Below are positions 19,076-29,206 of a stretch of DNA of 64,000 nt, one piece after another (the first letter of the stretch is position 1; every line of letters begins with the position of its first letter). Where the stretch lies: positions 36,678 through 100,677 of the forward strand of contig CAIQUS010000187.1 of assembly GCA_903875045.1 (NCBI GenBank), read 5' to 3'. Origin of the DNA: an uncultured Bacteroidales bacterium. Lineage in GTDB: Bacteria > Bacteroidota > Bacteroidia > Bacteroidales > FEN-979. The translations under genes were made by a program, and so were the position numbers. The notes under the pieces were generated by a model. The model was not told the origin of the DNA. It ran no database searches and saw nothing but the letters and a program-made list of their open reading frames with translations.

Positions 19076-21076
19076 TTAAAAAAGGCCACTGATCAAATTG
19101 TCTTCAACAAGGTTAGGTAGTGTCACCGTCAATCCTGGTTCAACCTGCATTGCCCGTTTAATCGCAAAGATGGCCTCATCATTTCTTGCCCAGGCACGGC
19201 GGGCAATCCCGTTATTCACGTCCCAATGAAGCATTGAACCTAACCTTCTGGCTGCATCGTCAGTACCATCCAGGAGCATGCCAAATCCACCGTTGATCAC
19301 TTCGCCCCAGCCGACACCACCGCCGTTATGAATGGAAACCCAGGTGGCACCGCGGAAACCATCACCGATGACATTCTGGATAGCCATATCAGCTGTAAAA
19401 CCTGATCCATCATATATATTAGAGGTTTCCCTGTAAGGTGAATCAGTGCCGGAAACATCATGATGATCGCGTCCGAGGACAATGGGAGCCGATATCCGCC
19501 CTGTTTTGATCGCCTCGTTAAATGCAGCAGCGATTTTTGTACGGCCTTCGCAGTCGGCATAGAGAATACGGGCTTGTGACCCCACAACCAGCTTGTTTTT
19601 ACCAGCTTCGCGAATCCAATGAATATTGTCGCGCATCTGCATTTCAATCTCCTTTGGGGAAGTCTCGGCAATTTGCTCCAGAACGGTAGCGGCAATCTGG
19701 TCGGAAACCTGCAGATCTTCCTGTTTTCCGGAGGTACAAACCCAACGGAAAGGCCCAAACCCGTAATCGAAGAAAAGCGGTCCCATGATATCCTGAACGT
19801 AGGAAGGATAAATAAAGCTCCCATCGGGTTTCAGCACATCCGCGCCGGCACGGGAAGCCTCAAGGAGAAAAGCATTGCCATAATCCCAAAAATACATGCC
19901 ATTTTCAGCCATCCTGTTTATGGCATCCACCTGGCGACACAGCGATTCCTCCACCGCAATCCTGAATTTTTCAGGATCCCTGACCATGAGCATATTTGAT
20001 TCCTCAAAGGTGAGACCCACCGGATAATAGCCTCCCGACCAGGGATTGTGCAATGATGTTTGATCAGATCCCAATTCAATCTGTAATTGATGCGCAGCGA
20101 AATACTCCCATAAATCAACAACATTTCCCTGGTAAGCAAGTGAAACCGGTTCGCGGTTGCATACCGCCTGCATCATCCGGCGCACAAGTTCATCCAGATC
20201 GGTAAAGACTTCATCTACCCATCCCTGTTCATGCCGTTTTTTTACCACCATCGGATTGATTTCAGCAACCACCGCAATGGCGCCGGCAATTACGGCTGCT
20301 TTGGCCTGTGCACCCGACATACCTCCCAACCCTGAAGTGACGAAAACCGTTCCTCCAATTGTGTCGGCAGAAACTTTTCGGGCAGCATTTAAAATGGTAA
20401 TGGTCGTACCATGTACGATTCCCTGGGGCCCGATATACATATATGATCCGGCAGTCATCTGACCGTATTGGGTAACACCAAGGGCATTGAACTTTTCCCA
20501 GTGATCAGGTTTTGAATAATTTGGAATCATCATGCCATTGGTCACAACCACACGGGGGGCTTCACGGTGTGAGGGAAAAAGTCCCATCGGGTGGCCGGAA
20601 TACATCACAAGGGTTTGTTCATCGGTCATGGTGGCCAGGTACTTCATTGTAAGCAGGTATTGTGCCCAATTCTGGAACACTGCACCATTTCCACCATAGG
20701 TTATCAATTCATAGGGATGCTGGGCCACAGAAGGGTCAAGGTTGTTCTGGATCATCAGCATGATCGCAGCAGCCTGAAGCGACTTATGCGGGTATTCATA
20801 TATATTACGGGCAAACACCTGGTAAACCGGCCGGAAACGATACATATATATACGACCATATTTTTTTAGCTCATCGGCAAATTCCGGTGCCAGTATGGCA
20901 TGGTGTTTCGGATCGAAATACCGGAGCGCGTTTCTCAAAGCCAGCAGTTTCTCATCAGCTGAAAGAATATCCTTTCTTACAGGGGCATGGTTTGCCGCAG
21001 CATCATAAGGTTGCAACTCCGGCAACTCCGCAGGGATGCCAAGAAGAATGGTACTTTTAAAATCATTTGTTTCCAT
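19076..21076 (-). CDS. hutU: Urocanate hydratase (long form)
   Basis: 666 aa. The urocanase signatures are 'TYGGNGAVFQNW', 'GLGGMSGAQ', 'GRDHHDVSGTDSPYRETS' and 'VSIHNGGGVGWGE'. Confidence 0.93.
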   Translation of the reverse strand: METNDFKSTILLGIPAELPELQPYDAAANHAPVRKDILSADEKLLALRNALRYFDPKHHAILAPEFADELKKYGRIYMYRFRPVYQVFARNIYEYPHKSLQAAAIMLMIQNNLDPSVAQHPYELITYGGNGAVFQNWAQYLLTMKYLATMTDEQTLVMYSGHPMGLFPSHREAPRVVVTNGMMIPNYSKPDHWEKFNALGVTQYGQMTAGSYMYIGPQGIVHGTTITILNAARKVSADTIGGTVFVTSGLGGMSGAQAKAAVIAGAIAVVAEINPMVVKKRHEQGWVDEVFTDLDELVRRMMQAVCNREPVSLAYQGNVVDLWEYFAAHQLQIELGSDQTSLHNPWSGGYYPVGLTFEESNMLMVRDPEKFRIAVEESLCRQVDAINRMAENGMYFWDYGNAFLLEASRAGADVLKPDGSFIYPSYVQDIMGPLFFDYGFGPFRWVCTSGKQEDLQVSDQIAATVLEQIAETSPKEIEMQMRDNIHWIREAGKNKLVVGSQARILYADCEGRTKIAAAFNEAIKTGRISAPIVLGRDHHDVSGTDSPYRETSNIYDGSGFTADMAIQNVIGDGFRGATWVSIHNGGGVGWGEVINGGFGMLLDGTDDAARRLGSMLHWDVNNGIARRAWARNDEAIFAIKRAMQVEPGLTVTLPNLVEDNLISGLF

Positions 21077-21101
21077 AAAACAAAGCTAAATTATCCCAAC
21101 C

Positions 21102-21163
21102 AAATCGTAAATCGTAAATCGTAAATCGTAAATTGTAAATCGTAAATCGTAAATCGTAAATCC
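21102..21163. repeat. Tandem heptamer array AAATCGT, about 9 units
   Basis: (aaatcgt)x4 aaattgt (aaatcgt)x3 aaatcc lies between the sigma-factor stop (21164-21166) and the hutU start (21076). Confidence 0.95.
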
Positions 21164-21772
21164 TTATATCCTTTCCTCTGCCGGTTTAAGTATCTGATAC
21201 AAAAACTCCCTCGCCCGGAAAAGTTGCGCTTTTACTGTACCAAGCGGCAAATTGAGTTCCACGGCGATTTCCTCATAAGACCATTCTTTAAAATATCTCA
21301 GCTCAATCATCAGGCGGTAGTGAGGTTTGAGTTTCTCGACCACATCATGCATGAGCTGGATTTTCTGTTTTTCAATGATCTTCTCTTCCGGATCAAGGCC
21401 TGTGGATGGTATATTGGATGTTGCATTGGATGATTCTCCATCCTCATCAAAAAAGTTATCTGAAAAAAGAATGCGCTTATTCTTTCTTAAAAAATCGATA
21501 CAGTTGTTTGCTGCAATTTTAAAAAGCCATGTACTGAAGGCGAAGTCGGGTGTATATTGCTTTATATTTTTAAAAGCCTTCCCAAAAGCTTCGATGGTGA
21601 GATCATCGGCATCAGTGGCATTGCTGGTCATCTTGAGCATCATGAAGTAAAGTGAATCGCGGTATTGCTTCAGCAATTCAGCATACGCCTGCTGATCGCC
21701 GTGATCACGTGCCCTTTGAACCAGGAAATAATCACGCTGTGCCTTTTCGGTGAGATGCTCCGCTACTTCCAT
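21164..21772 (-). CDS. ECF-type RNA polymerase sigma-70 factor
   Basis: 202 aa. The region-2 segment is 'DADDLTIEAFGKAF...FSTWLFKIAANNCIDFLRK' and the region-4 segment is 'SYEEIAVELNLPLGTVKAQLFRARE'. Confidence 0.9.
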   Translation of the reverse strand: MEVAEHLTEKAQRDYFLVQRARDHGDQQAYAELLKQYRDSLYFMMLKMTSNATDADDLTIEAFGKAFKNIKQYTPDFAFSTWLFKIAANNCIDFLRKNKRILFSDNFFDEDGESSNATSNIPSTGLDPEEKIIEKQKIQLMHDVVEKLKPHYRLMIELRYFKEWSYEEIAVELNLPLGTVKAQLFRAREFLYQILKPAEERI

Positions 21773-22896
21773 CTGGTAGGCTTGTGTATGATGTTGGAGA
21801 TCAAAATACCTGCATTGAACAGGAGTAGCAATATTTCAAAGACCGGCAGAAATGGGACCAGGTCCTTTTCATTCAACACATGCATGCACTTTCCGAGAAC
21901 AATGTACTGAGTAATCAAGCGGAGGATAAAAATGCCCAGCACTGGTATGATTGACCAGTTGAATGCAAGCAGAAGAATAAATAAGGTATAAAAGGAAACC
22001 AGGCTGAATGCGTATAACCCCAACAGGATTTTGTGTTTAAGTTTATACAGATGGCTGGTTGATAGATGCCGCTTTTTCTGAGTGATCCAATTTTCCACAG
22101 TTTGTTTTGGATCCGACAGGGTATAGCTCCCCGGGTGTACCATGATAGCCGTATTGGAACGATTGGCAACCCTGTTGATAAAAAGGTCGTCATCACCTGA
22201 CCGCACACGGTAATGAGCAATGAACCCCTGATTATTATAAAAAACCTGCTTTAGGTAGGATAAATTCCTGCCAACACCCATGTATGGAATACCCGCCAGT
22301 GAATATGAAAGGTATTGGGTTGCTATATGGGCTGTATCGTACCGGATCAGTTTATTGAGCAAACCAGGGCTGCGGTAATAGGGACCATATCCCAATACAA
22401 CTTCAGTTTTTGGCATAAATGCCGATTGCATATGCCGGATCCAGTCCTTGGATGCTGGTTTACAGTCAGCATCCGTTAACAATACCAAATCGTATTTGGC
22501 TGATTTAATGCCAATGGAAAGTGGAAATTTTTTTCCGGAGAAGAAATTAAGGTCCTCCCTGATAATAACAGTAGAAAGGTGAGGATACTTTTCCTCCAGA
22601 CTGGTCAGCAGGTATTGTGTATCATCATCAGATGAATGGTTGACTACCAACACTTCATAGTCCGGGTAATCCTGTTCAAGGATTAACGGAAGGGTTTCCT
22701 TTAAATGGTGATATTCGTTGTGGGCACAAATCACAACCGAAACACCTTTAAGGCCGCTTGTGCCGCCGGATTGTTTGTACCGTCCAAGCCGCCAGAAAAT
22801 TATCCAGTAATAGATTAGTTGAAAAATAAAGACAAAAGCAAAAAAGCCTAACAAAATAAGTGGCAACAATTGTCTATTTATCAGAATATCAATCAT
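21763..22896 (-). CDS. Family 2 glycosyltransferase with C-terminal TM helices
   Basis: 'VSVVICAHNEYHHLKETLPLILEQDYPDYEVLVVNHSSDDDT' and 'LTDADC' are GT2 motifs. It overlaps the downstream sigma-factor gene by 10 nt. Confidence 0.85.
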   Translation of the reverse strand: MIDILINRQLLPLILLGFFAFVFIFQLIYYWIIFWRLGRYKQSGGTSGLKGVSVVICAHNEYHHLKETLPLILEQDYPDYEVLVVNHSSDDDTQYLLTSLEEKYPHLSTVIIREDLNFFSGKKFPLSIGIKSAKYDLVLLTDADCKPASKDWIRHMQSAFMPKTEVVLGYGPYYRSPGLLNKLIRYDTAHIATQYLSYSLAGIPYMGVGRNLSYLKQVFYNNQGFIAHYRVRSGDDDLFINRVANRSNTAIMVHPGSYTLSDPKQTVENWITQKKRHLSTSHLYKLKHKILLGLYAFSLVSFYTLFILLLAFNWSIIPVLGIFILRLITQYIVLGKCMHVLNEKDLVPFLPVFEILLLLFNAGILISNIIHKPTRWK

Positions 22897-22975
22897 TAAA
22901 CAGAATTAAATTTTTTCGGCACAAAGTTATCAATTCTCTTTTTAAAAAAACCGTTTTTGTGAATAAAATGAACGT

Positions 22976-24160
22976 GTGGTTGAAAAGAAGAACCCTTACC
23001 TTTGCTGCAATTTTCACAACAACTGCATTTTGGAATTCGAAATTTCGCATCGCGATCACGTTACCTCCGCCCGCGCCGGTATCCTCACCACAGATCACGG
23101 GACAATTGAATCGCCCTTTTTCATGCCTGTAGGAACGGCAGGAAACGTAAAAGCACTACATATCAAAGATTTGCGCGAGGAGATCAAAGCCCAGATCATG
23201 CTTTCCAACACCTACCATTTATATCTCAGGCCCGGTATTGATATTATCTCTGCTGCCGGAGGGCTGCATAGGTTCAATGGTTGGAATAAGCCTATTCTAA
23301 CGGATAGCGGTGGATACCAGATTTATTCATTGAGCGCCATTCGTAAATTCACCGACGATGGCGTTGTTTTTCAATCTCACATCGATGGTTCGAAACATGT
23401 TTTCACGCCTGAAAGTGCTATAGATGTCCAGCGGCAACTGGGTGCGGATATCATTATGGCGTTTGACGAATGCACCCCCTACCCTTGCGATGAAGATTAT
23501 GCCCGAAAGTCAATGAAACGTACACATTATTGGCTTACCCGTTGCATAAAGCACTTCGGGCAAACAGAATGTCCGCATGGTTATACACAAAGCCTGTTTC
23601 CCATTGTGCAGGGTAGCGTGATCCCGGCACTTCGTGTTGAATCGGCCAGGTTCATTGCAGACCAGGGGGCTCCCGGCAATGCGATTGGCGGGTTATCAGT
23701 AGGAGAACCAGCCAGCATGATGTACGATATGACTGCTTTGGTGTGCAGTATACTTCCCGATGATAAACCGCGTTACCTGATGGGTGTGGGCACACCGGCA
23801 AACATTCTAGAAAGCATTGCGCTTGGCGTGGATATGTTTGACTGTGTGATGCCCACGCGTAACGGACGAAACGGAATGCTTTTTACGCGAAATGGCATCA
23901 TAAACATTAAAAATGAAAAGTGGAAAAGTGATTTTTCACCATTGGAAGCAGATGGCGAAGTATTTGCCGACCTGCAGTATAACAAGGCTTTCCTCAGGCA
24001 TTTGTTCGTCTCAAAAGAAATCCTCGCTGCCATGATCGCCACCATGCATAACCTTGGGTTTTATATGTGGCTGATGAAAGAAGCAAGGGCACAAATTATG
24101 ATGGGTTCGTTTGGGGTGTGGAAAGAGGCAATGGTGAAGAAACTGATGCAGAGATTATAA
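22976..24160 (+). CDS. tgt: Queuine tRNA-ribosyltransferase (tRNA-guanine transglycosylase)
   Basis: 'ARAGILTTDHGTIESPFFMPVGT', 'LTDSGGYQ' and 'GLSVGEP' are Tgt motifs. There is no in-frame ATG near the conserved N-terminus. The real start may be the TTG at 23030 (MEFEISHRD...). Confidence 0.92.
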   Translation: MVEKKNPYLCCNFHNNCILEFEISHRDHVTSARAGILTTDHGTIESPFFMPVGTAGNVKALHIKDLREEIKAQIMLSNTYHLYLRPGIDIISAAGGLHRFNGWNKPILTDSGGYQIYSLSAIRKFTDDGVVFQSHIDGSKHVFTPESAIDVQRQLGADIIMAFDECTPYPCDEDYARKSMKRTHYWLTRCIKHFGQTECPHGYTQSLFPIVQGSVIPALRVESARFIADQGAPGNAIGGLSVGEPASMMYDMTALVCSILPDDKPRYLMGVGTPANILESIALGVDMFDCVMPTRNGRNGMLFTRNGIINIKNEKWKSDFSPLEADGEVFADLQYNKAFLRHLFVSKEILAAMIATMHNLGFYMWLMKEARAQIMMGSFGVWKEAMVKKLMQRL

Positions 24161-24163
24161 AGG

Positions 24164-24211
24164 GGTGGGCAAGTGGGCGAGTGGGCAGGTGGGCTGGTGA
24201 ACTGGTAAACA
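24164..24211. repeat. Tandem octamer array GGTGGGCA, about 6 decaying units
   Basis: ggtgggca agtgggcg agtgggca ggtgggct ggtgaact ggtaaaca lies in the tgt to lptF/G spacer. Confidence 0.85.
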
Positions 24212-24225
24212 TGTGAGCGGGTAAG

Positions 24226-25302
24226 ATGAGGACAATTGACATTTATATTATTAAAAAATTCCTGGGGACTTTTTTCTTTACCCTTGTCCTGCTGATTTTT
24301 ATTGTCATCGTTTTCGATATTTCTGAAAAAATTGATGATTTCCTTCGCCATGATGCACCGGTTAACGCAATTATTTTTGAATATTATCTCAATTTCGTAC
24401 CCTATTTCATCAACCTGTTCAGTTATTTGCTCACCTTCATCGCGGTGATCTTTTTCACCTCCCGGATGGCTTCCGATTCTGAAATAATTGCCATTCTCAG
24501 CAGTGGCATCAGTTTCAGGCGTATGTTGTTCCCTTATTTTATTTCGGCGGTGGTGCTTGGTCTGCTCTCATTTATTCTGGCAAATTTTATCATTCCATAC
24601 ACCAACAGGAGCATGTTTGCCTTTGAAAAGCAATACATCAACGATCCGAAAGAATTCACTGACCAGAACATACACAAACAGATCAGTCCGGGTACATTCA
24701 TATATCTTGAAAATTTCAATATCCACAACAAAACAGGCTGGAAATTTTCGCTCGAAAAATTCGATGGAAGAACATTGATCTACAAGCTGAACGGAGAACG
24801 ACTTGAATGGGACAGTTTACGTTTGCGGTGGCAAATTTCAAATTTTTATTACCGGCGCATGAATGGGATGGAGGAGTCAATTACCAAAGGGATGAAACTC
24901 GATACTGTCCTGCCCTTTAAACCAGCCGATTTTACGGAAGATATTGAAGAGGTGAAAATCATGAATTACTTCATGCTGCGCGACCATATTAAGGATAAGG
25001 AGCTCAGGGGGGATCGCGATGTGATAAAGTACAAGGTTAAAAAGTACGAGCGGATTGCTTTTCCCTTCGCAACACTCATACTGACATTAATCGGTGTTTC
25101 TGTTTCAAGCAGAAAGGTACGTGGCGGTATTGGATTTCACCTCGGGCTGGGACTGGCCCTTACCTTTATTTACATACTTTTCATGCAGATATTTACTGTC
25201 TTTGCCACCTTTGGCGACCTCCCTCCTCTCATAGCCGTATGGATACCTAACATTATTTTTTCGTTCATTGCGTTCTTCCTTTACAGAATAGCACCGAAGT
25301 AA
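24226..25302 (+). CDS. LptF/LptG family LPS export permease
   Basis: 358 aa with YjgP/YjgQ topology: three N-terminal TM helices, a periplasmic beta-jellyroll region, and three C-terminal TM helices. The N-terminus 'IDIYIIKKFLGTFFFTL' is typical. Confidence 0.85.
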   Translation: MRTIDIYIIKKFLGTFFFTLVLLIFIVIVFDISEKIDDFLRHDAPVNAIIFEYYLNFVPYFINLFSYLLTFIAVIFFTSRMASDSEIIAILSSGISFRRMLFPYFISAVVLGLLSFILANFIIPYTNRSMFAFEKQYINDPKEFTDQNIHKQISPGTFIYLENFNIHNKTGWKFSLEKFDGRTLIYKLNGERLEWDSLRLRWQISNFYYRRMNGMEESITKGMKLDTVLPFKPADFTEDIEEVKIMNYFMLRDHIKDKELRGDRDVIKYKVKKYERIAFPFATLILTLIGVSVSSRKVRGGIGFHLGLGLALTFIYILFMQIFTVFATFGDLPPLIAVWIPNIIFSFIAFFLYRIAPK

Positions 25303-25360
25303 TAAAAATACAAAACGGGAAGATCAATCTGAAATTCAATCTATTAACCTCGTATTACAC

Positions 25361-26170
25361 CTATTTGGAAATCCAAATAAAGTCATTGGGAAAACAAGCT
25401 TCGATCTTTGGAGTTTCTTCAAACAACCCATATACTGCAGAACCACTGCCGCTCATGGAGGCATAAATTGCACCGGAATCGTATAACTTCTGTTTGATCT
25501 CCCCTATCACTGGATATTTCGCAATAACCGGTTTTTCAAAATCATTCACAATTTTTTCTTTCCATGCCGTTATTGGCAACCCGACCATCTCTTTCAACGA
25601 TTGTTCCGGTATGGCCGGGACAACCCACTTATAGGCGTCGGATGTAACAACATGTATATCAGGGATAACTATCACAAGAAATAGTCCTGAGAGATCAAGG
25701 GAAACAGGTTCAAACTGATCTCCCCTCCCACTGGCAAACACAGGAAGATTTTCAATAAAAAAAGCACAGTCGCTTCCTGAACGGGATGCGTATTTTTTTA
25801 ATCTGTCTGAATCAAGGTTGAGTGAAAAGAGGTTATTCAACATCCGTAAAGTAAAAGCACCGTTGGAGGAGCCACCACCCAAACCACTCCCCATCGGAAT
25901 GGTCTTATGCAAATGCATTTTCACATCGGGCAATTTAAACTCTTTGTGCAACAAATTAAATGCCTTAATACAAAGATTGGTTTCCATTTTACCCGGAATG
26001 GTTAACCCTGAGGAGCTAAATTGAAAAACTCCGTCTGATGCCGGATTAATTTCAAGGGCATCGCATAATGGTACCGGATAAAATACTGTTTCGATATTGT
26101 GAAACCCATCGGCACGCTTGCCAACGATATTCAGACCGAGGTTGATTTTGCAATTTGGAAATTGAATCAT
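25361..26170 (-). CDS. ispE: 4-(cytidine 5'-diphospho)-2-C-methyl-D-erythritol kinase
   Basis: 'KINLGLNIVGKRADGFHNIETVF' and the GHMP-kinase motif 'PMGSGLGGGSSNGA'. Confidence 0.92.
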   Translation of the reverse strand: MIQFPNCKINLGLNIVGKRADGFHNIETVFYPVPLCDALEINPASDGVFQFSSSGLTIPGKMETNLCIKAFNLLHKEFKLPDVKMHLHKTIPMGSGLGGGSSNGAFTLRMLNNLFSLNLDSDRLKKYASRSGSDCAFFIENLPVFASGRGDQFEPVSLDLSGLFLVIVIPDIHVVTSDAYKWVVPAIPEQSLKEMVGLPITAWKEKIVNDFEKPVIAKYPVIGEIKQKLYDSGAIYASMSGSGSAVYGLFEETPKIEACFPNDFIWISK

Positions 26171-26185
26171 GGTGTCAAAATACTA

Positions 26186-27346
26186 TTAATTTTCGTCCGG
26201 ATATTTCACTGGCCGTGAAAATGAAGGATTTTTGATAAACGAAGTGTCGGTAAGCGTGAGCAGAAATGATTTCAGATCGGCGAGTTTCGGTGGCGACAGC
26301 CTGATCCCATGGGTTGTGATGTGATGCATCAACGGGCTGATCGATGGTGACCAAACCAGATTTCCGTTGTAGAAACCGAGAACCTCGTCGATGGTTTTAT
26401 AACGTCCATCATGCATATATGGTGCTGTGTAGGCAAGATTTCGCAACGTAGGCGCTTTATATGCTCCAACATCGATCAGGTTCCCTGTTACCGAAAACCG
26501 GTCGGCCGGATCCGGAAAGAGAGAATCTTTCCCGTTGTTATAAAAGAGACCAGTGGTAAAGAGGGGGTTTCCGTCACCACCATGACAATGGAAACAATCG
26601 CCACCCTGTTCGGTCATAAAAAGCACATAACCATTCCGTTCCGATGTTGTCAGCTGAACTTCGCCCTTCATAAACCGGTCAAATTTTGAATTGGCTGAAA
26701 TCAGGGTACGAACAAATTGGGCAATAGCCCGTCCAATGTTTTTCACGGTAACCCGGTCGGACCCAAACGCTTTTTTAAATAGTTCCGGATATCCTTTCAG
26801 TGATTGGAAAAGTGCGGCAACCTTTGATGTATCACCCTGCATTTCATGGGGGGCAACAATGGCCATCCAGGTTACATCCTCAAGGTTACGCATCGAAGGT
26901 GTAGGATTCGCTGCGGAAACCTTTCCGTTCCATAAATAACCGGATGGTGACCACACCAGGTTTATCATAGGCATCATGAAATGTGGGGTTCGAATACCAG
27001 TTAACCCAAAAGGGTGTCCGCCCACAAATCGCGGATGGTCAATTCCACATTCAAATGAACGGGATTGAAGGTGACAGGTGGAACAACTCATCAGCGAATC
27101 AGGATTTGTTCGTCCCGACAACCGCCCGTCATAAAAAAGTAACCTCCCGAGTGCAATGCCTTCCACAGTCATTGGATTATCAGCCGGAATATTTAATGCT
27201 GTGGGAAAAAATTTCGGAATTTCAATGGTGTAGGGGGTTGGTTTGGAAACAGCAACATAAGCCTGATCTTTCCGGCAGGCTATACACGACAAGATTAAAA
27301 AGGAAAGGGCCAGTTTCAGTGAATTGTTAAATGCAAAATGTAACAT
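26186..27346 (-). CDS. Di-haem cytochrome c peroxidase (CCP/MauG family), lipoprotein
   Basis: It has two CxxCH motifs (CSTCH, CFHCH). I trimmed the start to the ATG at 27346 (MLHFAFNNSLKLALSFLILSCIAC). The longer track ORF reads through a heptamer array. Confidence 0.88.
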   Translation of the reverse strand: MLHFAFNNSLKLALSFLILSCIACRKDQAYVAVSKPTPYTIEIPKFFPTALNIPADNPMTVEGIALGRLLFYDGRLSGRTNPDSLMSCSTCHLQSRSFECGIDHPRFVGGHPFGLTGIRTPHFMMPMINLVWSPSGYLWNGKVSAANPTPSMRNLEDVTWMAIVAPHEMQGDTSKVAALFQSLKGYPELFKKAFGSDRVTVKNIGRAIAQFVRTLISANSKFDRFMKGEVQLTTSERNGYVLFMTEQGGDCFHCHGGDGNPLFTTGLFYNNGKDSLFPDPADRFSVTGNLIDVGAYKAPTLRNLAYTAPYMHDGRYKTIDEVLGFYNGNLVWSPSISPLMHHITTHGIRLSPPKLADLKSFLLTLTDTSFIKNPSFSRPVKYPDEN

Positions 27347-27361
27347 GCAACCTATAACATC

Positions 27362-27390
27362 CAAAATCCCAAATCCCAAATCCCAAATCC
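27362..27390. repeat. Tandem heptamer array CAAATCC, 4 units
   Basis: caaaatcc caaatcc caaatcc caaatcc lies between the ung stop (27397-27399) and the ccp start. Confidence 0.9.
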
Positions 27391-27396
27391 TGCCAA

Positions 27397-28077
27397 TCAT
27401 GAAAGCCTCCAATCTATTTCATCAACGCCCCTCTGTCTGAGCAAATTGTTGACCTGTGAAAAATGGCGGCAACCAAGAAAGCCCCGATGGGCCGACAATG
27501 GTGAAGGGTGTACCGATGTCAGAATAAAATGACGGGATGTGTCAATCAACGATTTTTTCGCAATGGCATAGTTGCCCCATAACATGAATATCAATCCTTC
27601 GCGCTGCTCCGACAGGTTTTTGATTGCTGCATCTGTGAAGGTCTCCCAGCCATGGTTCTGATGGGATCCTGCCTGGTTTTCACGAACGGTTAATGTTGCG
27701 TTGAGGAGTAATACACCCTGATCCGCCCATTTGGTAAGGTTCCCGTGTGATGGTTCTTCTAAACCAAGGTCTGACTTAAGCTCCTTTAATATATTGACAA
27801 GTGAAGGCGGTTTTTGAATGCCATGAGGGACCGAAAAACACAACCCGTGGGCCTGACCGGCACCATGGTAAGGATCCTGACCTAATAACACTACTTTTAC
27901 TGCATCGAACGGGGTATGATTAAACGCATTGAAAATCAATGAGCCGGCTGGAAAAATCCTGTATTTCTTCTTTTCTTCCAATAAAAATAATTTCAACTCT
28001 CTGAAATAATCTTTATTGAATTCCTCATGCAGAGCATGTTTCCAACTTATTTCAATAACAGGGTCAACTTTTTCCAT
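27397..28077 (-). CDS. ung: Uracil-DNA glycosylase (family 1)
   Basis: 'VVLLGQDPYHG', 'GVLLLNATLTV' and 'HPSPLSA' are Ung motifs. Confidence 0.95.
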   Translation of the reverse strand: MEKVDPVIEISWKHALHEEFNKDYFRELKLFLLEEKKKYRIFPAGSLIFNAFNHTPFDAVKVVLLGQDPYHGAGQAHGLCFSVPHGIQKPPSLVNILKELKSDLGLEEPSHGNLTKWADQGVLLLNATLTVRENQAGSHQNHGWETFTDAAIKNLSEQREGLIFMLWGNYAIAKKSLIDTSRHFILTSVHPSPLSAHRGFLGCRHFSQVNNLLRQRGVDEIDWRLS

Positions 28078-28152
28078 AGGTTATTAACTTTCTATCGTTG
28101 ATAACTTTACACAATAAATAGCAAAAATACTTGTTCGTATTCATATAAGCAG

Positions 28153-28160
28153 TAACTTTG
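28153..28160 (+). promoter_or_regulatory. Candidate Bacteroidetes -7 promoter box (TAnnTTTG)
   Basis: TAACTTTG lies 35 nt upstream of the ATG at 28195, in an AT-rich divergent intergenic region. Confidence 0.4.
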
Positions 28161-28194
28161 CAATCTAAATAAACGAAAATCAGGGGTAAACATT

Positions 28195-28317
28195 ATGAAA
28201 AAGATCCTATTTTTTATAATAATCGTATTTCTGTCAGGTATCGTCACATCCTGCACTTCAAATCAGCATTGTGCAGCATACGGTGAAAAGCAAAGATACC
28301 AAATGGAGCGTCGTTAA
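28195..28317 (+). CDS. Possible 40-aa small lipoprotein (below the ORF-track length cut-off)
   Basis: I translated it by hand: MKKILFFIIIVFLSGIVTSCTSNQHCAAYGEKQRYQMERR*. It has a signal peptide and a Cys lipobox and is preceded by a TAnnTTTG box. Confidence 0.4.
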   Translation: MKKILFFIIIVFLSGIVTSCTSNQHCAAYGEKQRYQMERR

Positions 28318-28406
28318 AGAGCTTTTCCATTTTTTTTTTGGGATAATGGGAGGCTTTGGCTTCCCATTTCTTTTGTACCTTTGTCATTTCCTGTTTTCTG
28401 CTTTTG

Positions 28407-29183
28407 ATGAAGAAAGTCATTATAGCCCTGTCGTTGCTGCTTTTTACAGCAACAAGTTATTTTGCCAGTGGGCAATCTGAGTCCAGATTGGATTCCATTT
28501 CTGAAAAAGTGTTACTTGAAAAACAATGGAGCATCGGCGCCCTCCTTCATACAAATGGCTGGGGATTAAAGTTTCGCAAAGGGCACAATGTAACTGCGTT
28601 ACGACAATTTATGTGGGAAATTGAATTTTCCACCTATAAATCATCCAAGGAAGTACGCAGTATAAACCCCTATTTTTCCGATTCACGCTCCTATTTTTAT
28701 GGTAAACTGAATTACGTTTGGTTTTTCAGAGGTGGGGTTGGGCAACAGCAAATCCTCAATCGCAAACCCTATTGGGGAGGTGTTCAGCTAAGTTGGATAT
28801 ATTATGGAGGTTTTTCTCTTGCTGTTACGAAACCAGTATATCTCTATATCATCCATTTTAACAATGGCTTCACCGACTATGAAGTCCGGGAAGAAAAATA
28901 CAACCCTGAGATTCATTTCGTTGATAATATTTATGGCAGGGGTTCTTTCCTCGCCGGAATAACGAAGGTTGGATTGCATCCGGGTGTTTATATTAAAACC
29001 GGATTGGATTTCGAATTCGGGGTAAAAAACAGACAAATCAACGCATTGGAAGTAGGTGCAATTTTCGACTACTCGCCCATTCCGGTTGCCATCATGGCAT
29101 ACAATCCTAAACAAAGCTTTTTTCTTACTTTATACCTGAGTGTGATGTTTGGCAAAAGATACAACAGATATGGTATCAAATAA
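28407..29183 (+). CDS. Exported protein of unknown function (possibly a beta-barrel)
   Basis: The ATG at 28407 gives MKKVIIALSLLLFTATSYFASGQ, a signal peptide. The rest has an alternating aromatic and beta-strand character. Confidence 0.6.
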   Translation: MKKVIIALSLLLFTATSYFASGQSESRLDSISEKVLLEKQWSIGALLHTNGWGLKFRKGHNVTALRQFMWEIEFSTYKSSKEVRSINPYFSDSRSYFYGKLNYVWFFRGGVGQQQILNRKPYWGGVQLSWIYYGGFSLAVTKPVYLYIIHFNNGFTDYEVREEKYNPEIHFVDNIYGRGSFLAGITKVGLHPGVYIKTGLDFEFGVKNRQINALEVGAIFDYSPIPVAIMAYNPKQSFFLTLYLSVMFGKRYNRYGIK

Positions 29184-29206
29184 GGTGGTGATTTTTTGAT
29201 TCCCGG

